This document shows positions 1-10,078 of a stretch of 62,482 bases of DNA, piece by piece. The stretch lies in contig PLPK01000052.1 in NCBI GenBank assembly GCA_003159795.1, forward strand, positions 1-62,482, given 5' to 3'. A program made the position numbers and the translations under genes. Each line of letters opens with the position of its first letter. The first letter of the stretch is position 1. The stretch comes from Acidimicrobiaceae bacterium (GTDB taxonomy: Bacteria > Actinomycetota > Acidimicrobiia > Acidimicrobiales > Bog-793). The notes beneath the pieces are model-generated. The model was not told the DNA's origin. It worked only from the letters and a program-made list of their open reading frames with translations, and ran no database searches.

Positions 1-19
1 CGATTTGTCCAACAGCGCC

Positions 20-1378
20 CTAGGGGAGGACCCTGTCGATCGTCTCGTCGAGCCTGCCCTGGCCCTCCAGGAAGTCGAGGACCGTATAGCGGGATCGGAT
101 CCGGTTCGCCCATCGGAAGGTCGTCTTGAGCGTCGCGCCATCGATGTCGAGGAAACCAGGCTGGGAAGGGATCCCCGCGGCCGAGAGCGCCCCCGCGACG
201 AGGGGGAACAGTCGCATCGGCTCGGTGGCGCGTGCCTGGACCGCCCGCCACTGCGACCGGGACGTTGGCCACGCTGAGCGGTGCTCCGAGACGAAGCGGC
301 GTTTCTCCTCCACGACGGCCCCCACGTCGGCTTCGTGGCCGGCGAACCAGGGGCCCGTGCCGTTGCCGTCGCCGTCGCCGACGAGCCGAGGAGCGGCGAG
401 TGCCACGACGCCACCGCCGAAGGCGAACCGCTGGAGGCGCATCGCGAAATGTGTCGCGTAGCCCACCTGGAGTCCGTGGGGGGTATGGGACCGGCGGCCC
501 TGGGAGGCGAGGAGGTCCCAGAAGTGTGAGGCGTGGTGCTCACAGCCGCTTGCCGGCCGGGAGCTCCCCATCATGGCCATGGCGACGCCGGACTCGATGA
601 GGCCGAGCAGGAGCTGGCGGATCGCCTCCGGCTGCTGCGCGAGGATTTCCCCGACGTTGGCCGCGGCCTCCGTGACCGGTTCGATGACGCGTCGCTCGAC
701 TTCCGCACAGAACGGCTCGCCGTAGAGGGCGTGCGACATCAGCCAGTCGACTCGCGCCGTTGCCTTCCCGAGCAGGTCCCCCAGGCCGGACCGCGCCATG
801 TCGGGCGGGGCTGCGGCAACCGTGACCATGTCGGCGAAGATCGCGACCGGGGCCACGGCTGGGAAGGTGGTCTTCATGCCGCCGAGTTGCATCGCCGCGA
901 CGCCGGAGGCGTATCCGTCCATCGAGGCGGCCGTCGGCACGCTCACGAACTCAAGACCCGTGCGACTGGCGACGAAGCGGGTGATGTCGGTAATCACTCC
1001 GGAACCAACGGCGACGAGGCAGTCGGTCTCCGCCGCCTTCAGCGCCGATTCCAGGCGGGCGACGCTCGTCTCATCGGCGAGCAGACCGTGACGCTCCGGA
1101 AAGCAGAGTGCCCCGATGGTCAGCTTTTCTCGTGAGAGTTCCCGCACGACGCGCCGTCCGGCGGCCTCCTCGGTGTTCGCGTCCATTACCACGAACGGCC
1201 TCGTCCAGTGACGACCCCTGGCATAGGAGCCGAGCTGCTCGATCGCGTCCTCGCCGATTACCACCGCCTCGACCGGGGAGTGGTGGACCGCGCCGCAGGC
1301 GCAGGCGCGAGGGGGAACCGATCCGGCCTGGAACGGTTGCGAGGTGGTTCGGGACACGATTGCGATCCGGCGCCTCAC
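20..1378 (-). CDS. sn-glycerol-1-phosphate dehydrogenase (AraM/EgsA family)
   Basis: N-terminal CACGAVH, GSGVITD, PTAASMDGYAS, SRPASGCEHHASH, HGLQVG motifs; exact start uncertain. Confidence 0.85.
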   Translation of the reverse strand: MRRRIAIVSRTTSQPFQAGSVPPRACACGAVHHSPVEAVVIGEDAIEQLGSYARGRHWTRPFVVMDANTEEAAGRRVVRELSREKLTIGALCFPERHGLLADETSVARLESALKAAETDCLVAVGSGVITDITRFVASRTGLEFVSVPTAASMDGYASGVAAMQLGGMKTTFPAVAPVAIFADMVTVAAAPPDMARSGLGDLLGKATARVDWLMSHALYGEPFCAEVERRVIEPVTEAAANVGEILAQQPEAIRQLLLGLIESGVAMAMMGSSRPASGCEHHASHFWDLLASQGRRSHTPHGLQVGYATHFAMRLQRFAFGGGVVALAAPRLVGDGDGNGTGPWFAGHEADVGAVVEEKRRFVSEHRSAWPTSRSQWRAVQARATEPMRLFPLVAGALSAAGIPSQPGFLDIDGATLKTTFRWANRIRSRYTVLDFLEGQGRLDETIDRVLP

Positions 1379-1609
1379 GGGGTCCCGCGGTCGGGCGTCC
1401 GCGGCCGGCCGCGTCCCGCCGCCGGGAAGGGAAGCGACAAAGACATGGGACCAGGGTAAGCGACCGCGGTCCCCGTACGCTCCGGCAACTCTTTCCTGGG
1501 TTTCCAGGCCGGCCCCATCGAGGTGAGGTGAACATGGCTGACGAGCCGCGATCGTCCTACAGTCGGTGACCGGCTAAGGAGGACGGTTGGACCCTGAATC
1601 GCCACCTCG

Positions 1610-3439
1610 TTGTCTGCGCCACCGGCGTTCCTCGCCCGGTCGTTGTGGCGCCGACGCGTCTACCGCCCGGTTGTCGCGGCGGGGTCGCAACTGAGCGGGG
1701 GAGCGTTGGCGGAGGAGCAGCCCCGCGCCGGGGGGCGTTCGGGTTTCGTGCTTCCGCTCTTTCCGACGATCCTGCCGTGGCGGCACCGGCCCCTCGGGCC
1801 AGAGTTGCTCGCCGGCCTGCTGCTGGCCGCCATCGCGATCCCCGAGCAGATCGCCACGGCCCGCCTCGCAGGGATGCCGGCGACGGCGGGACTCGCCGCT
1901 TTCATCGTCGGCTCGCTCGCCATCGCCGCCTTCGGCTCGACGGGCCCGTTGTCGGTGGGGGCCGACTCGACGATCGCTCCCGTCATCGCCGCCAGCGTCT
2001 CGTCGATCGCGCTCACCTCATCCCCGACCTACCGCGCCGACGCCTCGCTGCTGGCACTGCTGGTCGGGCTCATCGTGATGGTCATCGGGCTGGCGAGGAT
2101 GGCCTGGATCGCCGACATCCTTTCCGCCCCGGTCGTGACGGGCTTCCTCGCCGGGGTCGGCATCGCCATCATCCTGCGCCAGATCCCCATCGTGCTCGGC
2201 GTGACGGCGCCGACCGGCCACGGACCGGTCGAGACGACCTGGCTGACGCTGCGCGCCATCGGCCAGACAAACGGCTGGACCATCGCCATCGCCGGGGCTG
2301 TCCTCGTCGTTGTCGGTGGTGCCGAGAAGCTCTCCAAGCGGTTCCCCGGGGCGATCATCGCCCTCGTCGCGAGCGCGCTGGCCGTCGCGGCGTTCCATCT
2401 CAAGTCGCACGGGGTCGACGTGCTCGGAGTCGTGCCCGCGGGCCTGCCCCACATCGCCGCCCCCGCGTCGAGCTTCGCGGCGCTGCGGGCGCTCCTGCTG
2501 CCGGCGCTCGCCATCTCGCTCGTCGTGCTCGCCCAGTCGGCCGCGACCGTGCGGGGCCTCGGCGGCTCGAGCTCGGACGAGAAGGGGTTCAACCGGGACC
2601 TCGTCGGGATCGGCGCGGGGTCGCTGCTGGCGGGATTCACCGGCTCGTTCGCCCTCGACGCCAGCCCGCCGCGCACCGAGATCGTCGCCAACGCCCGCGG
2701 TAAGACCCAGCTCGTCGGGTTGAGCGCCGCCGCGATCGTGCTCGTGTTCGTCGCCTTTGCCGCCTCGTGGCTCGACGACGTCCCGCACGCGACGCTCGGC
2801 GCGATTCTCGCCCTGATCGGCGTGCGGCTCGTTCGGGTGCCGGAGCTGCGGGAGATACTCCGGTTCGACCGGATCGAGTTTGGCCTCGCTGCCGTGACGA
2901 TGCTGGTCGTCGGCCTCGTCGACGTGAAGATCGGCATGGGCCTCGCCGTGACGCTCGCGGTCCTCGATCGGACCCGCCGTACGGCGCGTCCCCGCGACGC
3001 CGTGTTGGGGCACCTTCCGGGCAGCTCGAACTGGGTGCTGCCGAGCGCGGAACTCGATCTCGAGCAGCTCGCGGGTGTCGTCGTCTACATGCTCGAGGCG
3101 CCGCTGTGGTTCGCCAACGCCGACCACGTCGTGGCGCGAATCCGCGCGCTCGCCGGACCGGGCACGGGCGTCGACTCGTTCGTCCTCGACTCCGCGGCGA
3201 TCTCGGATGTCGACTACACGGCGGGTCGCCAGCTCACCGGGGTCGTCCGCGATCTCGCCGCGGCCCACGTGCGCGTCGGCGTCGCTCGGGCGACGCCGGT
3301 TGTCGCGGCCGAGCTGGAAAGGATCGGTCTCGGTGGCGTGATCGGCCCCGACAGCTTCTTCCCGACTGTCGACGCGGCGGTCCAGGCGCTCGTCGGAGCG
3401 CGGGGGGAGCCGGGCCCGGCCGGGTCGGCACTGCCATAG
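1610..3439 (+). CDS. SulP family anion transporter with STAS domain
   Basis: Many TM helices, AIPEQIATARLAG, PVVTGFLAGVG, C-terminal STAS (PLWFANAD...DVDYTAG). Confidence 0.9.
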   Translation: MSAPPAFLARSLWRRRVYRPVVAAGSQLSGGALAEEQPRAGGRSGFVLPLFPTILPWRHRPLGPELLAGLLLAAIAIPEQIATARLAGMPATAGLAAFIVGSLAIAAFGSTGPLSVGADSTIAPVIAASVSSIALTSSPTYRADASLLALLVGLIVMVIGLARMAWIADILSAPVVTGFLAGVGIAIILRQIPIVLGVTAPTGHGPVETTWLTLRAIGQTNGWTIAIAGAVLVVVGGAEKLSKRFPGAIIALVASALAVAAFHLKSHGVDVLGVVPAGLPHIAAPASSFAALRALLLPALAISLVVLAQSAATVRGLGGSSSDEKGFNRDLVGIGAGSLLAGFTGSFALDASPPRTEIVANARGKTQLVGLSAAAIVLVFVAFAASWLDDVPHATLGAILALIGVRLVRVPELREILRFDRIEFGLAAVTMLVVGLVDVKIGMGLAVTLAVLDRTRRTARPRDAVLGHLPGSSNWVLPSAELDLEQLAGVVVYMLEAPLWFANADHVVARIRALAGPGTGVDSFVLDSAAISDVDYTAGRQLTGVVRDLAAAHVRVGVARATPVVAAELERIGLGGVIGPDSFFPTVDAAVQALVGARGEPGPAGSALP

Positions 3440-3492
3440 GGTGGTGGACAGCCGGCCGGTAGCCGGGGCGGGGGGGCCAGACTGGAGCTCGA

Positions 3493-4149
3493 ATGATCAA
3501 CGTCTTCCTCCTCGACGACCACGAGGTGGTCCGGGCGGGCCTGCGGGACCTGCTCGAGAACGCCGACGAGAACATCGCCGTCGTCGGTGAGGCGTCGACG
3601 GCGGGGGAGGCCCTCGCCCGCATCGCCGCGATCCACCCGGATGTCGCGATCCTCGACGTCCGGCTCGGTGAGGGCGAGACCGACGGCATCGCCGTCTGCC
3701 GGGAAATCCGCTCGGCACACCCGGAGATCGCCTGCCTGATGCTCACGTCGTTCGCCGACGACGAGGCGCTGTTCGCCTCGATCATGGCCGGTGCCGCCGG
3801 GTATCTGCTGAAAGAGGTGCGCGGGCGGGACATCGTCGGCAGCGTGAAGCAAGCGGCGCGCGGCGAGTCGTTGCTCGACCCGGCGCTCACCCAGAAGCTG
3901 ATCGACCGGATGCGGACCGGGGGTCCGGAGGACGAACGCCTCACCCGCCTGACCGAGCGCGAGCGGCGGGTCCTCGACCTCGTCGCCGAGGGCAAGACGA
4001 ACCGGGAGATCGGCGCCGAGCTATACCTCGCGGAGAAGACCGTGAAGAACTACGTCTCGAACATCCTCTCGAAGCTCGGCATGCAGCGGCGCACCGAGGC
4101 GGCGGTCTTCGCGGCGCGCCTCGCCGACAAGGAGCACCGGCTGCGCTGA
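3493..4149 (+). CDS. NarL/LuxR-type response regulator (DevR/DosR-like)
   Basis: VFLLDDHEVVRAG receiver, LDVRL phospho-Asp, LTERERRVL...LAEKTVKNYVSNILSKLG HTH. Confidence 0.92.
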   Translation: MINVFLLDDHEVVRAGLRDLLENADENIAVVGEASTAGEALARIAAIHPDVAILDVRLGEGETDGIAVCREIRSAHPEIACLMLTSFADDEALFASIMAGAAGYLLKEVRGRDIVGSVKQAARGESLLDPALTQKLIDRMRTGGPEDERLTRLTERERRVLDLVAEGKTNREIGAELYLAEKTVKNYVSNILSKLGMQRRTEAAVFAARLADKEHRLR

Positions 4150-4325
4150 TGGGTGGGCGGCCCACTGCTCCGGGGCGAGGAGGATGTCGACCCGGACGTC
4201 CAGGACGGTGGCACTCGCAGGGGGCATGGGAACGATTCCAAGGGGGTCGGTTCCCGTTCCCCGCGCCGTCGGCGCAGCTGGGAGGGGTTCCTCGTCCGGG
4301 GGCACCGCGGGGTGCGGAGTTGGTG

Positions 4326-5192
4326 CTAGCCGCGGGCGACCTGAAATGCGCGCACGGCCGCCTCGAACACCTTCTTTACCGCCACCTCGACGGGTAGGGC
4401 GCGCAGCTCGGTCGACATCACCTCGAGCCCCCACGGGCCCGTGAAGCCGAGGCCGTCGATCGCACGGATGAAGCCGACGACGTCGAAGTCGCCCTCGCCC
4501 GGCGGCCGCCGGTTGTCGAAGGTGTCGTCGTAGAGCGTGCCGACCGGCGCGGCGGCCCCGTCGCTCAGCTCCACCGCGAACACGTACTCGGGCGGGAGGA
4601 CTCGGGCGAGCTCCTCGTAGCTGGTCCCTGCGCGGAAGATGTGCCAGATGTCGACGAGCAGCCCGCCGGCGGGATTGGCGACGTCGCGCACGAGCTCGAC
4701 GCCGGCGGCGATCGTCGACATCATCGAATCGGCCGGGGGCTCGAGTCCGATCCGGGTCCCGTGGGCCCGCGCCTCGTCGGCGAGGCGGTCGAACTCGTCG
4801 GCGAAACGCGCGGCGTCGAAGTCGTCCTCGCGCACGCCGAGGCCGATCTTGATGTGGTCGGCGCCAAGCTCGACCGCCGCCTCCAGGAGCAGCTCCCGCA
4901 CCTCGTCCGAGGCGCGGCGCCGCTCTCCGCGCGTCCACCAGTCCTGGAGGTACTCGACCTCGACGTGGCGCAGCCCGTTCTCGGCGAGCCGCTCAGCGAG
5001 CGCCCGAAAGCCGATCGTCGCGCGCACGACAGCGAGATCGGGGTTGGCGATGCCGAAGCCCCGGTAGCCGGCGCGTGCCACCGCCGTGACCCGCTCCTCG
5101 ACGCCGTGGGGGCTCACGTCGCCGTTGCGGGACGGGACGATGTCACCGGCCGTGGTCCAGCAGCTGGCGATCAGGTCGGGCAGGTTCGCCAT
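4326..5192 (-). CDS. Sugar phosphate isomerase/epimerase (AP endonuclease 2 TIM barrel)
   Basis: GLE, GLLVDIWH, ELSD, PGEGDFD, GLEV metal-binding motifs; GGAGGAG RBS before ATG 5192. Confidence 0.8.
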   Translation of the reverse strand: MANLPDLIASCWTTAGDIVPSRNGDVSPHGVEERVTAVARAGYRGFGIANPDLAVVRATIGFRALAERLAENGLRHVEVEYLQDWWTRGERRRASDEVRELLLEAAVELGADHIKIGLGVREDDFDAARFADEFDRLADEARAHGTRIGLEPPADSMMSTIAAGVELVRDVANPAGGLLVDIWHIFRAGTSYEELARVLPPEYVFAVELSDGAAAPVGTLYDDTFDNRRPPGEGDFDVVGFIRAIDGLGFTGPWGLEVMSTELRALPVEVAVKKVFEAAVRAFQVARG

Positions 5193-5246
5193 GCTCTCCT
5201 CCTCCATAGGTGGGAGTCCGCCCGCAAGGATATTGCCTGCTCCGGG

Positions 5247-6254
5247 TCAGTTCTCCATACTGATCGAAGGGCCGGTGGCGGGACCACTTTCCAGGGGACG
5301 GTCCTTCGCGGCCGATCTCTCGAAGGCCTTCGCGCTCTTCTTCAGGGCGGCGAGGTCCTTTCCCAACCCGTGCAGGAGGCGCACGGCGTCGAGACGCTCG
5401 ATGACGACGAGCTGGCCCGCGAGGAAGGCGCACTCGAAGCGCTCGCCAGCGGTGGCGGTCAGGAACGCCGCGGCCGCGAGGGCGTCCCGGTGGTCGCCGA
5501 GGCGGTCCTGGATCGCGGTCGCCGTCGTCGCGAGCTCGGCAGCACGCGGGCCGAATACCGCCGTCGCAAGCTCGGACGCGTAGCGGAGCTCCTTCGAGCG
5601 GATCCGCAGGGCATGCAGGTTCGGCTCGGTCGGGGACTCGTGGGCCCGGCGGGCCGCCTCGCGGACGTTGCGCCAGGGGCGCCGGAGAAGCCGGGGGAGG
5701 GCCTCTCGCGACCCCTCGCCGGCACGCGCCGTGAGCGGCGGCTCGGACGTGACCAGCCGGTCGATCTGGCGCAGGACGCTCTCGTAGCGGGGCATCGCCC
5801 GGGCGCTCGCGACACGGAAGGTGACGTCACTTCGCTGCAGCGCGACCGCGCCGTACAGGCTCTCCAGGGCGAGCGGGTCGACGTCGGACTCGGTGTGGAG
5901 GGCGATGCGTAGCGCGAGGACGTCGAGATTGCGGACCTCGCCGAGGAGCTGTGAGAACCATCCCATGTCGGCCCGCGCCGCGCTCACCCACTCCGGCTCG
6001 ACGAGCGAGCGGAAGGTTCGCAGCAGCGAGCGGATCCGGCGCAGCGCGACGCGTGAAGCGTGCAGGTCCTCGGCGTCACGGTCGGCGTCAGTCTCGTCTC
6101 TGTCGTGCGCGAGGAACGACTCGGCGGCTCGGCGCATCGCCCCGGCGATGAGGTCCCCGATGTGTTCCGGGGTGGGCGGCGCCGGGGGCGCGGTCGCACC
6201 GACCGCTAAGAGGGCGTCGTCCGGCGGTTCGCCGGTCAGAAAGGGATCGAACAC
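5247..6254 (-). CDS. CHAD domain protein (polyphosphate-binding)
   Basis: LHASRVALRRIRS, LGEVRNLDV, LHALRIRSKELRY, QDRLGDHRD motifs. Confidence 0.85.
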   Translation of the reverse strand: MFDPFLTGEPPDDALLAVGATAPPAPPTPEHIGDLIAGAMRRAAESFLAHDRDETDADRDAEDLHASRVALRRIRSLLRTFRSLVEPEWVSAARADMGWFSQLLGEVRNLDVLALRIALHTESDVDPLALESLYGAVALQRSDVTFRVASARAMPRYESVLRQIDRLVTSEPPLTARAGEGSREALPRLLRRPWRNVREAARRAHESPTEPNLHALRIRSKELRYASELATAVFGPRAAELATTATAIQDRLGDHRDALAAAAFLTATAGERFECAFLAGQLVVIERLDAVRLLHGLGKDLAALKKSAKAFERSAAKDRPLESGPATGPSISMEN

Positions 6255-6439
6255 TGGCGACGATCGTAGGCGGGCCCCACCATGGCCGTGCCCGGAGGGC
6301 CGCCGCAGACCGTCGTGCGCCTAACAACTGGCGTCCCGAGGCTCACACTTCGCTCACGGATTCGTCGATCCCTCCTGACAGCCCTGGCCCAGGATGTTGT
6401 CGTTCCGCAAGTTCCATGGCTTTCGACAAAGGAGTGCAC

Positions 6440-7159
6440 ATGAGGTTTCGCCCGATCACATCGGTAGTCGTCGTCGCGGGGATGATGGCGATTGCTTCGC
6501 TCGGCATCATTCCGGACGCTTCGGCTCACCCCACCACGACGACGAACCCGGCGTCGTTCTCGCACCTGCAGGCGAAGCTCGAGGCGCAGCTCGCCGTCCG
6601 GCAGACCCAGCTCGCCACCCTGACGACCGACGTGTCGAGTTCCACGACCCTCACCACCGCGGACGCCGCCGCTCTCTCGGCGAGCCTTTCGGTGGAGACG
6701 ACGAACATCGGCAACCTGATCACCAAGGTTCCCTCGGACACGACGATCACCGAGCTGCGCACCGATCAGCACGCGATGTTCCAGGACAATCGGGTCTTCG
6801 TCGTCATGAGCCCGCAGGTGCGGCTCACTATCGCGGCAGACACGCTGTGGGCGAAGGCGGGAGCGATCCTGTCCAACGGTCCCACGATCACGGCTGACCT
6901 CGCGGCCCGCGTCGCGGACAAGGGTTACGCCCGCGCCGAGGCGCGCTTTGCCTTCTCGACAGCGAAGGCGACCGTTGTGCAGTCCTCGATGACCGGCGTC
7001 TCGGCGAAGGTGCTCGCCCAGACCCCCGCCGGCTGGCCGGCCAACGAGCACATCTTTGTCAAGTCGGGCGTCCAGATCGTGCGTGCCCGGGGAGACCTCG
7101 TTTTGTCCCGGGTCGACCTCAAGCTCGTCGAGCGCTGGATCGCCGAACACGCGGCCTAG
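6440..7159 (+). CDS. Secreted helical hypothetical protein
   Basis: AAAGGAG RBS, signal peptide ending ASA, Thr-rich helical body. Confidence 0.65.
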   Translation: MRFRPITSVVVVAGMMAIASLGIIPDASAHPTTTTNPASFSHLQAKLEAQLAVRQTQLATLTTDVSSSTTLTTADAAALSASLSVETTNIGNLITKVPSDTTITELRTDQHAMFQDNRVFVVMSPQVRLTIAADTLWAKAGAILSNGPTITADLAARVADKGYARAEARFAFSTAKATVVQSSMTGVSAKVLAQTPAGWPANEHIFVKSGVQIVRARGDLVLSRVDLKLVERWIAEHAA

Positions 7160-7378
7160 GCGTTCTGTCCACCGACCGTAGCTAGGCCGGGAAGCGGTAT
7201 CGGCGCCCCGCACGGACCAGTCGTTCGGTCCGTGCGGGGCGCCGCACTCTTCCCGAACCGGAGCGGCTGACGAAAAGGCCGGAGTAGCCCGGCCACAGAA
7301 GCAGACGACAGGACCGGCGCGCAGCCCCCCCGTGGCGCCGGTCCTGTCGTCGCGTCCGGGCCGGCGCGGACGGGCGCC

Positions 7379-9445
7379 TTACCGGCCGGGGGCGGCGGGG
7401 CGGCGTGGCAGCCGGCCGCGCAGCCGCTCGGCACGCAACGCCTGCTCCTCCTCGTCGTCGAGTGCGTCGAGCCGCGAGCCCGTGGCCAGGCCGAGCAGCA
7501 GGTCGGCGAGGGTCGGGTTGCGGGCGAGCACGGGACCGTGAAGGTAGGTGCCGAAGACCTTCCCCGCGACGGCGCCGTCGGCCGAGCCGAAACCGTTCCC
7601 GATCCCCGTCGTGACCTGCGCGAACGGTCGGACACCGGGGCCGAGCCGCGTGCGGGCCTGGTGGTTCTCGAAGCCGCTCAGCGTCTCCAGCGTGATCGGC
7701 CACGCCTCGTCCCCGAACGGGGTCGCGACGACCTCGCCGACGGCGCGCCGCTCGTTCGAGCGACCGGTCTCGGCGTCGACGAGGCCGACCCCCTTGTGAT
7801 CGCGCCCGTCGGCACCGGGGAAGACGGTCCCGATGATCTGGAATCCTGCGCAGACTGCGAGGACCGTCGCACCCCTCGCGACGGCCGCGGCGAGTGAACC
7901 GTCGCGCAGGCGCTCGGCGGAGTGGATCTGTGGCCCGTCCTCGCCCCCACCGAGGCAGTAAATGTCGCCTGACGCCGGCAGCGGCCGGTCAGACGGCGCC
8001 GTGACCAGCTCGACGGGGATCCCCCGCCAGGCGGCCCGGTCCTCGAGGATGCGGCCGTTCCCGTAGTCGCCGTAGGTACCGAGCAGGTCGGGATGGACGA
8101 CGACGACCCGCAGGCGTGACTCGCCGGGCCGCCGTGTCCGCGCCGGGCGGTCCGGCGTGAGGTGGGTCGGCGTGGGGCGCCCCCCGCTCCCGTTGCCCCC
8201 CGGCTCGGCGCTGGCCCGGCGGGCGAGGCGCCGCCGCATCACCTGGAAGGCGGTGTAGTTGCCGATGTAATCAACTCGGCCCTCCCCGGCGAGCTCGACG
8301 GCGTGCAGGGGATCCGCCTCGACGACGTGACGCGCCCCGGCGTGGCGGAGGCGCACGGCGAGGTCGAGCCGGCGGTCCCCGGTCGCGACGACGAACCGGT
8401 CGCCGAGGCGCTCGAACGGGACGTCCCACAGCCAGGACGGGTCATGGCCATCGGCGGAGCGTGCGTTGATGCCGATGACGAGGGGCACCTGGTCGTGCTC
8501 GACCAGCCCGAGCAGCTCCGTCCAGCCGGCGGGGTTCTTGGCGAGCAGCAGGCGGACGGTCCGGCCGCGGTGCCGAACGACGGCGAAGCGCCCGGCCACC
8601 TCGGTCACGCGCCGGGCGGCGGCGAGCGCCTCGCGGACGGGGATGCCGAGGACGAAGGCGGCGAGGGCGGCCATCGCCGCGTTCGCCCGGTTGAAGCGCC
8701 CCGGGACCGAGAGGTCGATCCGGTGCGCGGTGCCGTCGGCTAGGACGAGGTCCTCGCCGACCACCGAGGCGTCGGGGGTCGGGCGGGCGAATCCGCAGGT
8801 GCAGTGCCAGGCGGCGGCGGGCTGGGAGCGGCAGGCGCCTTCGAAGGTGATCCGTGAGTCGCAGACGGGGCAGTGGTAGGCGTCCTCGTGCCAGAGGGAC
8901 CCGGCGGCGACCCACACGACGTGGCGCGCGGCTCCGGCGGCGTAAGCGACGAGCGGGTCGTCGGCGTTGGCGACAACGGTCGAGTCGAGGCCCTCGAGCG
9001 CCCGCCGCCAACGGGCCGCGACCATCCGGACCTCGCTCATCCGGTCGAGCTGGTCACGTGAGAGGTTGGTGAGGACCACGACCGCCGGCTGGAGAACGGG
9101 CGCGGCGATCTCCAGGTACCGCTCGTCGACCTCGAGGACGGCGTCGGCTCGGGCGGGCGAATTGGCCAGCGCGCTCACGAGTCCCGCCGGCATGTTGGCC
9201 CCCGAGCCGGACGAGGCGACCGCCCGCGGTCCACCGAGCGCCTCGACGAGGAGCCGGGTCGTCGTGGTCTTGCCGTTCGTCCCCGTGACGAGGGCGACGC
9301 GCCGACCCCCGCCGAGCGCGCCGAGGAGGCCCGGGTCGACGAGGAGTCCGACCCGGCCGCCGATTGTCGCGCCGGTGCCGAGGCCGAGGGCGCGAGAGAC
9401 GCGACCGGTCGTGCGCAGCGCTCGTGTCGCCAGCGCGGTCCGCAA
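7379..9445 (-). CDS. murT-gatD: Fused MurT ligase-GatD glutamine amidotransferase (lipid II isoglutaminyl synthase)
   Basis: GTNGKTTT, LEVDE, NLSRDQLDR, Cys-rich insert, LAKNPAG, NYTA; then HPDLLGTYGDYGN, GGGED, VCAGFQ, GFENH, GTYLHGP in one frame. Confidence 0.88.
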   Translation of the reverse strand: MRTALATRALRTTGRVSRALGLGTGATIGGRVGLLVDPGLLGALGGGRRVALVTGTNGKTTTTRLLVEALGGPRAVASSGSGANMPAGLVSALANSPARADAVLEVDERYLEIAAPVLQPAVVVLTNLSRDQLDRMSEVRMVAARWRRALEGLDSTVVANADDPLVAYAAGAARHVVWVAAGSLWHEDAYHCPVCDSRITFEGACRSQPAAAWHCTCGFARPTPDASVVGEDLVLADGTAHRIDLSVPGRFNRANAAMAALAAFVLGIPVREALAAARRVTEVAGRFAVVRHRGRTVRLLLAKNPAGWTELLGLVEHDQVPLVIGINARSADGHDPSWLWDVPFERLGDRFVVATGDRRLDLAVRLRHAGARHVVEADPLHAVELAGEGRVDYIGNYTAFQVMRRRLARRASAEPGGNGSGGRPTPTHLTPDRPARTRRPGESRLRVVVVHPDLLGTYGDYGNGRILEDRAAWRGIPVELVTAPSDRPLPASGDIYCLGGGEDGPQIHSAERLRDGSLAAAVARGATVLAVCAGFQIIGTVFPGADGRDHKGVGLVDAETGRSNERRAVGEVVATPFGDEAWPITLETLSGFENHQARTRLGPGVRPFAQVTTGIGNGFGSADGAVAGKVFGTYLHGPVLARNPTLADLLLGLATGSRLDALDDEEEQALRAERLRGRLPRRPAAPGR

Positions 9446-9640
9446 CCTGCCCGCCGGTGAGGCGTCCGTCGTGGCTCCTTTGATCCGGCCGGGACGGTCC
9501 CGGTCGCCAAGACGCTAGATGTCGCGGCGGGATCGTAGCGGAGGCTTCGCCGGGATCCCGGGGAGCCAGGCAGGACGGCGGTGACCCGAACCCCCGCCGC
9601 CCGGCACTAAGGTCATCAGCCGCCAGGGAGGTGCGCGCCG

Positions 9641-10000
9641 ATGCCGGAGCCACAACACGCCAGCCCCGACGTACCCGAGATCGAACCGTCCGAGGCCGCG
9701 CAGCTGATCGGCGCGGGCGCCGTGATCCTCGATGTGCGCGAGCGCGAGGAGTTTTCCCAGGGATGCGCCCAGGGTGCCTTCCACATCCCGTTCGCTGCGC
9801 TCGACGAGCGTCTCGGCGAGGTCCCCGCCGACCGACCGGTCATCGTGGTGTGCCGGTCCGGGGGCCGCTCCTACTGGGCGGCCAAGACGCTGGCGAACCG
9901 CGGCTACGTCTCGCTGAACCTTGCCGGGGGGATGCACGCCTGGTACGACGAGGGTCTGCCGGTCGTGCGCGAGGACGGCTCGCCAGGGGTCGTCGCCTAG
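9641..10000 (+). CDS. Rhodanese-like protein
   Basis: ILDVRE, VCRSGGRS active-site loop, LAGGMHAW. Confidence 0.88.
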   Translation: MPEPQHASPDVPEIEPSEAAQLIGAGAVILDVREREEFSQGCAQGAFHIPFAALDERLGEVPADRPVIVVCRSGGRSYWAAKTLANRGYVSLNLAGGMHAWYDEGLPVVREDGSPGVVA

Positions 10001-10078
10001 GGGCGCAGGGTCCGCCCGGTAGCCGCGGCGGGTCGGCGGCGGCCCGACCGGTCGCCGGGTGTCAATTCCCGAGGAGGG

